Positions 57,074 to 64,000 of a stretch of DNA of 64,000 bases are shown here, piece after piece. The notes beneath the pieces are model-generated. The model was not told where the DNA came from and searched no databases. It saw only the letters and a list, made by a program, of their open reading frames with translations. Made by a program: the position numbers and the translations under genes. Origin of the DNA: Erysipelotrichaceae bacterium (GTDB lineage Bacteria > Bacillota_I > Bacilli_A > Erysipelotrichales > Erysipelotrichaceae). The stretch lies in assembly GCA_034168985.1 (NCBI GenBank), contig JAXFJE010000009.1, forward strand, positions 14,816 through 78,815. The letters run 5' to 3'. Position 1 is the first letter of the stretch. Every line of letters begins with the position of its first letter.

Positions 57074-57868
57074 TCATGCTAATAACATGCGATCGTTTAC
57101 GACTTCGCCACCAGTGGCTTTTTCAAACATTTGTAATAGATCGTTGACGGTAAGCTTAGCTTTTTCTTCGCCAGCAATATCTAAGATGATTTTGCCATCC
57201 ATCATCATGATCAAGCGATTGCCATATTTTAAGGCATCTTTCATATTGTGGGTAATCATTAGAGTAGTAAGTTTATCTTTTTCCACGATCTTAGTCGTTA
57301 ATTCTAAGACTTTTGCAGCGGTTTTAGGATCAAGGGCTGCGGTGTGTTCATCTAGTAATAATAACTTTGGCCGTACCAAAGTAGACATCAGTAGGGTCAA
57401 GGCTTGGCGCTGTCCTCCGGAAAGCAAGCCAACCTTGCTGGATAAACGTTTTTCTAAGCCTAGGTTCAAAGATTCTAATAATGTCTTGTATTCTTTTTTC
57501 TCGTGGGCGGTCAAGCCTAGGCGCAAGGTACGCTTTTTACCTCGTCTTTTTGCTAAGCTTAAGTTTTCTTCGATCGATAGATCGGCACAGGTACCGGTCA
57601 TAGGATCTTGGAAGACCCTGCCGATAAAGGCGGCTCTTTTGTATTCCTTTTGTTTGGTGATATCGATATCGTCGATCGTTATCTTGCCTTCATCGCTAGT
57701 TAAGGTGCCTGATATCAAGTTTAATAAAGTTGATTTACCTGCACCATTACCACCGATCACCGTGATAAAATCGCCGTCGTTGATCGTAATGCTTAAATTT
57801 TGAATGGCTTTTTTCTCATTAACGGTATTGGCGTTAAAGGTTTTAGATAAATTTTCGATTTTTAACAT
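57074..57868 (-). CDS. ABC transporter ATP-binding protein (putative Trp/Tyr-type uptake system)
   Basis: GGNGAGKST, LSGGQRQA and LLLLDEHTAALD. Last gene of the SBP-permease-ATPase operon. Confidence 0.85.
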   Translation of the reverse strand: MLKIENLSKTFNANTVNEKKAIQNLSITINDGDFITVIGGNGAGKSTLLNLISGTLTSDEGKITIDDIDITKQKEYKRAAFIGRVFQDPMTGTCADLSIEENLSLAKRRGKKRTLRLGLTAHEKKEYKTLLESLNLGLEKRLSSKVGLLSGGQRQALTLLMSTLVRPKLLLLDEHTAALDPKTAAKVLELTTKIVEKDKLTTLMITHNMKDALKYGNRLIMMMDGKIILDIAGEEKAKLTVNDLLQMFEKATGGEVVNDRMLLA

Positions 57869-58752
57869 TTTTTGGCCCTCCTTTTGCTTTTTAGATCGAC
57901 ATTAGCTAGGTATAAAGCTACTGCAACGATGATGGCGGTGAATAATTTCATATCGTTGGCACTGACATAGTTGCTGTTGATAACGATGGCTACGATCAAA
58001 CGGTAGATGATCGAACCGATGACGATACCGGTTAAGCTCATGATGAAGTTACGATTTCTAAAGATTACTTCACCGATGATGACAGATGCTAAGCCGATGA
58101 CGATAGCGCCGATCCCTTGTTGGACATCAGCGTAACCATTATATTGGCATACCAAGGCGCCACTTAAAGCTATCAAACCATTGGCTAACATCAAACCAGC
58201 GATCTTTGTAATATCGGAATTGATACCGTTAGCTCTGATCATCTTGTCGTTATTACCTGTGGCAACGATAGCGTAACCAAATTCAGTGTTAAAAAACCAA
58301 ACTAAGAAGATGATAACGATGACGCACACGATGATACCTAAGAAAATAGCGGCATCACGATCTTTACTTAGATTTAACAGATCTTTGATGTTGGTCAATA
58401 AAGTGTCGTGCATGTTCAAAGGAATGTTAGCTTTGCCCATGATCCGCAAATTGATCGAATATAGACCGGTCATGGATAAGATCCCTGCTAACAATGAAGG
58501 GATCTGCAATTTGGTATGCAATAAACCAGTTATCATACCAGCAAGCCCACCACTGATCAAAGCTAAGAAAATTGCCATGATCGGTGGAATGTTGTTGACG
58601 ATGGCGGTTGCACATACGGCCGCCCCTAAGGTAAATGATCCTTCACTGGTAAGGTCAGAAATATCTAAGATACGGTAAGTTATATGGATGCCAATTGCTA
58701 GGATTGCCCACAGCAATCCTTGCGATATGGCTGAAGTTGCGATTGAGGCCAT
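57862..58752 (-). CDS. ABC transporter permease
   Basis: 296 aa, polytopic. Overlaps the ATPase start. Confidence 0.8.
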   Translation of the reverse strand: MASIATSAISQGLLWAILAIGIHITYRILDISDLTSEGSFTLGAAVCATAIVNNIPPIMAIFLALISGGLAGMITGLLHTKLQIPSLLAGILSMTGLYSINLRIMGKANIPLNMHDTLLTNIKDLLNLSKDRDAAIFLGIIVCVIVIIFLVWFFNTEFGYAIVATGNNDKMIRANGINSDITKIAGLMLANGLIALSGALVCQYNGYADVQQGIGAIVIGLASVIIGEVIFRNRNFIMSLTGIVIGSIIYRLIVAIVINSNYVSANDMKLFTAIIVAVALYLANVDLKSKRRAKKC

Positions 58753-58768
58753 GATTCATTCTCCTTTA

Positions 58769-59743
58769 TTATTTTGAAACATCGATACCTTTATCGATGA
58801 TTGATTGTGGTAATTCTAAACCGATTTTTGCGGCAGTTTTAGCGTTGTAATATACATCAACATCTTTTTGGAATTGGATAGCGAAGTCAGTGATCTTTTT
58901 GTCACCATTTAAGATTTCTACCGCCATTTCACCAGTTTGGTATCCAATTTTGTAGTAATCGGCACCTAGTGATAATAAAGCGCCATTTTTAACGACATTG
59001 CTTTCACCGGCTAAAACAGGGATTTTGTTTTCGCTAGCAACGATATCGACGCTCGCAAATGCTGCTGCGATATTGTTGTCGGTTGGTACATATAAAGCGT
59101 CGATCTGACCGATGAAAGATTGCATCGTATCGTCGATCATCGTTTTATCTGAAACGGTCTTGACCATGGTCTTGATACCGCGGCTTTCACATTCAGCTAC
59201 CATTTGCTCGGCTTGGATCTGTGAATTTGGTTCGCTTGAGGTGTATAAGATACCTAAAGTTTTAACATCAACGGCTTCTAACAATAGATCTAATTGGGTG
59301 TCCATAGGGAAGCCATCGCTGACACCGCTGATCAAACCACCAGGGTTTTCGTTAGAATCAACTAGGCCTGCTGCTACAAAATCTGTTACGGCTGTTGCTA
59401 GGATCGGGGTATGATCGTTGATATTTTGTAATTGTTGAACAGGGGAAGTAGCGATTGCTAAGATCAAATCGGGATCAGCTGCGATCAAAGAATCTGCCAT
59501 CGTTGATAAATTAGCTTGGTCAGCTTCAGGGTTTTGGTAATTGATCTTTAAATTTTCGCCTTCCACATAACCACCATCTTTTAAAGCATCGATAAAGCCT
59601 TCGCGCGCTTTATCTAAAGCATCGTGGGTCAATAGCTGCAAGATGCCAACTTCTTTGACATTGCTGGTGCTTTGATCGTTAGGTTGGCTTGAACAACCAA
59701 CTAATAAACATAATGATAATGCTAGAGATAATAATTTTTTCAT
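58769..59743 (-). CDS. ABC substrate-binding lipoprotein (ABC_sub_bind type), copy 1
   Basis: Start MKKLLSLALSLCLLVGCS (lipobox). Paralogous to 60077-61057. Confidence 0.8.
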   Translation of the reverse strand: MKKLLSLALSLCLLVGCSSQPNDQSTSNVKEVGILQLLTHDALDKAREGFIDALKDGGYVEGENLKINYQNPEADQANLSTMADSLIAADPDLILAIATSPVQQLQNINDHTPILATAVTDFVAAGLVDSNENPGGLISGVSDGFPMDTQLDLLLEAVDVKTLGILYTSSEPNSQIQAEQMVAECESRGIKTMVKTVSDKTMIDDTMQSFIGQIDALYVPTDNNIAAAFASVDIVASENKIPVLAGESNVVKNGALLSLGADYYKIGYQTGEMAVEILNGDKKITDFAIQFQKDVDVYYNAKTAAKIGLELPQSIIDKGIDVSK

Positions 59744-59764
59744 GATATGTCGTCCTTTCTTTTG

Positions 59765-60037
59765 TTGTGTAAGAAATAAAAAACTCGTCCTGCAAAAGGA
59801 CGAGTTGTATCGCGTTACCACCTTTAATTTATTGGTATATTACTATACCAACCTTAGTAGCCACCATCATGGCCCAACACGTTAACGGGTGTTATTCGTG
59901 ACTCTCTACTCAAACTTTTTCAAAAGTCCCGCATCCCTGATGTATTCATTATGGCTTACTAGCTGTTTTCATCAACCACAGCCTTTCTGCAAGTTAAGTG
60001 ACATAATTACTATTTCAGATCTAAGCGTTTTATTTCT
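59765..60037 (-). promoter_or_regulatory. T-box leader, specifier read as UAC (Tyr)
   Basis: The minus strand holds an AGTA box, specifier loop TGAATACA (codon = complement of 59942-59944) and F-box CCGTTA. The T-box is AAAGGTGGTAACGCGATAC and the terminator is ACTCGTCC-ttttgca-GGACGAGT + T6. Its own promoter is TTGACA (60068-60073), 17 nt, TAAGAT (60045-60050). Confidence 0.7.
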
Positions 60038-60076
60038 TGCTATTATCTTAGACAAAGAATTTTTCTTTGTCAATGG

Positions 60077-61057
60077 TTATTTTGCAACATCGATTCCTTT
60101 TTCTAAAATTTCAGCTGGTAATTCAAGTCCCATCTTTTCAGCAATCTTGGAATTGTAATATATCGTAGCGTTATCGCTATCCATGAAATATACTGGCATT
60201 TTAGCGATTTCGACTTCTTGTTCGATGACCTTGACGGCATTTAAACCGGTTTGATAGCCTAGCTTGTAATAATTGACGCCAATGCTTGCTAAGCCGCCAT
60301 CAGCTACCATCGTATCACAACCGACGATGACGGGTAGCTTGTTGTCGCTAGCGACGATTTCCACAGAGGCCATTGAAGAAGCTAATGGATTATCAGTAGG
60401 AATGTATAAAGCGTCGATGTGACCGATGAAAGATTGCATCGTATCATCGACCATCGTTAAATCAGAAATAGTTTTTTCAACGACTTCCCAACCGCGTTTT
60501 TCACATTCAGCCTTCATTTGTTGCGCTTGGATGATTGAATTTTCTTCGCTGGATGTATATAGCAGACCGATGGTTTTTGCTTGAGGAACGATCATTTCCA
60601 CTAGATCCATCTGGGTAGCCATATCACAATAATCTGAGCTGCCAGAGATGTTTTTGCCAGGCATATCATTTGATTCGACCAAACCTACATCTAGATAATC
60701 GGTGATCGCGCTTCCTAAGATCGGAATCGTTTCGGTTTCCTGCTGTAAAGATTGGGCTGCGGCAGTACCGATAGCTAAGATCAGATCGTTTTCTTCGTTT
60801 ACTAGTTTTTGGGCCATGGTCGCTAACGCTGATTTATCGTTGTTAGGATTTTCAAAGCTTAGGACCAAATTCTTGCCTTCTTCATAGCCTTTTTCTTTCA
60901 AAGCGGCTACGAAACCATCGTAAGTATTATTCAAAGCTTCGTGTTCCATTAATTGTAAAACACCGATATGGACCGCGTCTTCATCAGCGGTTGAAGTTGT
61001 TGGGTTAGAACATGCGCTCAATAGCACGACTAACAATGCTGCTAAGATCTTTTTCAT
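60077..61057 (-). CDS. ABC substrate-binding lipoprotein (ABC_sub_bind type), copy 2
   Basis: Start MKKILAALLVVLLSACS (lipobox) with RBS GGAGG. Confidence 0.8.
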   Translation of the reverse strand: MKKILAALLVVLLSACSNPTTSTADEDAVHIGVLQLMEHEALNNTYDGFVAALKEKGYEEGKNLVLSFENPNNDKSALATMAQKLVNEENDLILAIGTAAAQSLQQETETIPILGSAITDYLDVGLVESNDMPGKNISGSSDYCDMATQMDLVEMIVPQAKTIGLLYTSSEENSIIQAQQMKAECEKRGWEVVEKTISDLTMVDDTMQSFIGHIDALYIPTDNPLASSMASVEIVASDNKLPVIVGCDTMVADGGLASIGVNYYKLGYQTGLNAVKVIEQEVEIAKMPVYFMDSDNATIYYNSKIAEKMGLELPAEILEKGIDVAK

Positions 61058-61077
61058 TTTTTTACCTCCCCTAAAAG

Positions 61078-61342
61078 CAAAAAAACAGCTCATCCTAAGG
61101 ACGAACTGTATCGCGATTACCACCTTATTTTATCAATATATTGCTATATTGAACTCTGTAGCCACCATCATGGCCTAACAAGATAACGTTTGTTAAACGA
61201 AGCTCTCTACTATATATGGTTTCAAGAGCCCTACTCAATGAGGAATTCGATATATCTTGCACGATCATTTACACCACCCATGATCTCTCTATGCTGCTTT
61301 CGATATATGTACTAGTTCATATCGCTGTATTTTGCTTAATAT
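61078..61342 (-). promoter_or_regulatory. T-box leader, specifier read as UUC (Phe)
   Basis: The minus strand holds an AGTA box, AG bulge AGAGAG, distal loop GGGTGGTGTAA and specifier loop CGAATTCC (codon = complement of 61243-61245). The T-box is TAAGGTGGTAATCGCGATAC and a terminator plus T6 follows. The promoter is TTGACA (61372-61377), 17 nt, TATCAT (61349-61354). Confidence 0.65.
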
Positions 61343-61469
61343 GCTATTATGATATGCGCAAAAGAAAAAAATGTCAATTATAAATGTAAAAAAATTACAA
61401 AAAATAGATAGCGTTTTCTTTTTGACGCTTTATTTGTTATAATGGAAGCTATTGATAGGGGGAAAAGTA

Positions 61470-62834
61470 ATGGTATTAAAGAAGTTTTATTTTGACAAAG
61501 CGTTTGCTAAGGTCGTTTTAGCAATTGCGATACCTTTGATGTTGCAACAGTTGATTACCTGTTCGGTCAATTTGATCGATAATTTGATGGTGGGACAATT
61601 GGGTGATATAGCGGTTGGAGGCGTAGCGGCAGTGAATCGTTTTTATATCATTGCTACCTATGGGACCAATGGCTTGATCAATGCTGCAGCTATTTTTATT
61701 GCTCAATATTATGGCGCTAAAGATCATGTTAAGATGCAACAGACCTTTCGTTTCATGGTAGTAGCAGCCTTAAGCATCGTTTTGTTGTTTTTTGCTATTG
61801 GGTGGATCGCTCCTGGGGTCGTCGTGAGCTTTTTTACCAAGGATCCTCAGATCATTGAACTTGGGGCAAGCTATATGCGAGTTGCGGCTTTTTCATTTAT
61901 TCCGATGGCTTTGACAATGTGTATTGCCTCTAGCATGCGTAGCGTTGGTCAAACTAAATTGCCCCTTATGGCTAGTGCGGTGGCGGTCGTTACTAATACT
62001 AGCTTGAATTATTGCTTGATCTTTGGAAACTTTGGTTTTCCGCGTTTAGGGGTTAGTGGGGCGGCGGTAGCAACATTGATTGCTCGTTGCTTAGAACTAG
62101 CTTTGATCACGTATTTTTTAAGACATAATGATTTTGCTTTTAAGACTTCGTTAACATCGATGTTGGCGATTCCTCGTGATGTCGCGAAAAAAGTAGTGGC
62201 AAAAGGTTTGCCTTTGGCGACCAATGAGATCTTGTGGTCATTGGGGATGGCGACATTATTTAAATTCTATGCAACCAGAGGAACAGATGTCATGAGCGGT
62301 TATGCGATCTGTACGACCATCGGCGATATCTTTTTCGTCTTATATGCGGGCATGGCGGCTGCTAGCACGGTGCTGATAAGTCAGCCTTTTGGTGCTAATA
62401 AGCTAGAGGAAGGTAAAAGCAATGCTTATAAGTTATTAGGTTTTTGTTTTTGCTTGTCGTTTGTTTTTGCTATCATGATGTTTGCATCGACATTTGTAAT
62501 TCCGCAATTATATGCCAATGTATCACTAAATGCGAGAGCGGTGGCAACTAATTTTTTGCGAGTGCAAAGCTTGTTGTTTTGGGTGTATATGTTTACGACA
62601 GAGTGTTATTTCATCTTGCGCTGTGGTGGGGATACTAAAAATACCCTTATCATGGATAGTTGTTTCATGTGGATGGTTAACATTCCGTTGGTTGGGGCAT
62701 TTACTTATTTTTCTACGTTTAATTATTTAGGTCTATATCTAGTGGGCCAAGCGACAGATTTGATCAAGCTAGTGTTTGCTTACCATTTGATATCTAAAGA
62801 AAGATGGGTGAAGAATCTTACGCACCATGAATAA
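61470..62834 (+). CDS. MATE-family efflux transporter
   Basis: Start MVLKKFYFDKAF after RBS GGGGGAAAAG. 12-TM pattern with PLMLQQLI and GLPLATNE motifs. Confidence 0.8.
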   Translation: MVLKKFYFDKAFAKVVLAIAIPLMLQQLITCSVNLIDNLMVGQLGDIAVGGVAAVNRFYIIATYGTNGLINAAAIFIAQYYGAKDHVKMQQTFRFMVVAALSIVLLFFAIGWIAPGVVVSFFTKDPQIIELGASYMRVAAFSFIPMALTMCIASSMRSVGQTKLPLMASAVAVVTNTSLNYCLIFGNFGFPRLGVSGAAVATLIARCLELALITYFLRHNDFAFKTSLTSMLAIPRDVAKKVVAKGLPLATNEILWSLGMATLFKFYATRGTDVMSGYAICTTIGDIFFVLYAGMAAASTVLISQPFGANKLEEGKSNAYKLLGFCFCLSFVFAIMMFASTFVIPQLYANVSLNARAVATNFLRVQSLLFWVYMFTTECYFILRCGGDTKNTLIMDSCFMWMVNIPLVGAFTYFSTFNYLGLYLVGQATDLIKLVFAYHLISKERWVKNLTHHE

Positions 62835-63261
62835 GATACTATTGCGGTTAGCTAAACGTGCCAAGGGCGATAATTATTTGTTCTTGGATTTTGATGGGGT
62901 GATCATCACGGCTAAGCAAGAAATAAAAGAGCATGTTGCGCTTGTTGATCGCTTATGTAAAACGCATGATCTAAAGGTAGTGATTAGTTCGTCGTGGCGT
63001 GAATATTTGCCAGAATGCACGAAAGTTTTGCGTGAAGCAGGTTTTGAGGGCGAAATAGCAGGAGCAACTGATTTGTTGGGTGATGATCGTAATAAACAGA
63101 TCCTAAGGTATCTGCGTAAACATCAGTATCACAAATTTGTGATACTAGATGATCTACTATTGAGGGAACTTGTTGATTTTCAGGTTAAAACGGACTATCG
63201 TGTAGGATTTGATGAACAAGCTTATATGCAAGCTTGTGCGATCTTGTTAAAACAAAAATAG
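62827..63261 (+). CDS. Small HAD-like domain protein
   Basis: YLFLDFDGVI, VISSSWR and FVILDD match the HAD-domain pattern seen in RNA-repair associated proteins. Confidence 0.5.
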   Translation: MNKILLRLAKRAKGDNYLFLDFDGVIITAKQEIKEHVALVDRLCKTHDLKVVISSSWREYLPECTKVLREAGFEGEIAGATDLLGDDRNKQILRYLRKHQYHKFVILDDLLLRELVDFQVKTDYRVGFDEQAYMQACAILLKQK

Positions 63262-63299
63262 CCTTTGTCTAAGGACAAAGGCTATAACTTTATAAAAAA

Positions 63300-63375
63300 T
63301 GGTGACCCCCGAGGGATTCGAACCCTCGACCCACTGATTAAGAGTCAGTTGCTCTGCCAGCTGAGCTAGGGGGTC
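63300..63375 (-). tRNA. tRNA-Lys: tRNA-Lys (anticodon CTT)
   Basis: The reverse complement reads GACCCCCTAGCTCAGCTGG...ACTGACTCTTAATCAGT...GGTTCGAATCC...GGGGGTCACCA. Confidence 0.85.
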
Positions 63376-63485
63376 ATATTTAAGCTTACCGTAACATTAT
63401 ACACTTTATTTTATTAGCATGCAAGAAATAATTGCGGAATATTTGATAAATAAAAAAATCGCTAATTGCGATTTAATTTTTAAAA

Positions 63486-63562
63486 TGGTGACTCGTACGG
63501 GATTCGAACCCGTGAATGACGCCGTGAAAGGGCGCTGTGTTAAGCCGCTTCACCAACGAGCC
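63486..63562 (-). tRNA. tRNA-Glu: tRNA-Glu (anticodon TTC)
   Basis: The reverse complement reads GGCTCGTTGGTGAAGCGG...GCGCCCTTTCACGGCGT...GGTTCGAATCCCG...CCA. Confidence 0.8.
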
Positions 63563-63570
63563 ATAAAAAA

Positions 63571-63646
63571 TGGCGCCTAAAACAGGGCTCGAACCTGTGA
63601 CCTAACGGTTAACAGCCGTTTGCTCTGCCGACTGAGCTATTTAGGC
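63571..63646 (-). tRNA. tRNA-Asn: tRNA-Asn (anticodon GTT)
   Basis: The reverse complement reads GCCTAAATAGCTCAGTCGG...AACGGCTGTTAACCGTT...GGTTCGAGCCC...GGCGCCA. Confidence 0.85.
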
Positions 63647-63762
63647 GTTGCTCAATTATATTACCATAGGCTGGGGTATAATGCAATAGGTTTTTTAAAA
63701 AAATTTAAAAATTTTTATTTTTTTTGCAACTAAAAAAACGATAAGAATTAACTTCCTATCGT

Positions 63763-64000
63763 TTAAGCTTTTTGATCATCTTCAAAAGTTATATGAGCAT
63801 CTTTTCTAGCAGCAACCAACAATTTAACGATTGCTAGGGTATGATCTAAACGAGCGCGACAACCAGCTAGATCATCATTTTTAATTAGCTCTAATAAATA
63901 GGCAATATAGTAATGATGGGTCATGCCTGGTTCTTGGGCGTTGATGGTGATTGGTTCTTGGTTAGGTAAATGCAAGGTGAAAGCTGAAAGCAAGCTAGCA
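63763..64000 (-). CDS. Hypothetical protein, 3' part only (runs off the window)
   Basis: The open frame continues to the window edge. No motif recognised. Confidence 0.3.
   Translation of the reverse strand, partial: ASLLSAFTLHLPNQEPITINAQEPGMTHHYYIAYLLELIKNDDLAGCRARLDHTLAIVKLLVAARKDAHITFEDDQKA

Noticed and set aside
57054-57803. 249-aa plus-strand ORF
   Set aside because: It is antisense to a canonical ABC ATPase (Walker A/B and signature motifs on the minus strand). Its composition is Ser/Lys-rich and motif-free.
61242-61249. EcoRI-type palindrome GAATTC inside T-box leader 2 as a restriction or regulatory site
   Set aside because: It is explained by the conserved GAA of the specifier loop followed by a UUC codon, so it is a coincidental palindrome.

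Overview
AT-rich Gram-positive (Bacillota) chromosome segment. Gene content and style suggest an Erysipelotrichia/Clostridia-like gut organism; that placement is inference only. Standard genetic code: TGG encodes Trp and TGA terminates genes. The backbone is the conserved rpoA-rplQ / ecfA1-ecfA2-ecfT-truA / rplM-rpsI cluster. It is split by two inserted blocks. The first (0.6-11.8 kb) carries lipoproteins, the ACT/UPF0210 pair and a complete Asp-to-Thr pathway. The second (15.3-17.4 kb) carries a decayed AraC regulator and a frameshifted AEC permease. Three copies of the rpsI 3' end (18.37, 23.45 and 25.63 kb) delimit two tandem integrase-less island remnants. These carry two DUF4143-type ATPases, a Phd/RelE toxin-antitoxin pair, a decayed IS3-family element, a coupled HTH/DUF3990-like two-gene module and a G-rich iteron-like array. 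Next come housekeeping and accessory genes (small alarmone synthetase, TetR, lgt pseudogene, DegV, PPi-PFK). They are followed by a sigma factor + PAP2 + three tandem AgrC-like kinase paralogs with complementary defects + a LytTR response regulator. Then come patB, lctP, ldh and proC. A tightly coupled surface operon follows: FeoA-like/TM/Ig protein, class B sortase, and a 2,296-aa thioester-domain adhesin built from about 19 diverged repeats with no recognisable cell-wall sorting signal. After that come a duplicated tRNA-Ile/tRNA-Ala unit without rRNA, and an aromatic-amino-acid-type ABC importer with two binding-protein genes. Each binding-protein gene has its own T-box leader (specifiers read by eye as Tyr UAC and Phe UUC). 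The window ends with a MATE pump and a tRNA Lys-Glu-Asn cluster. No CRISPR array or rRNA was seen. All family calls come from motifs read in the supplied translations; no database search was possible.
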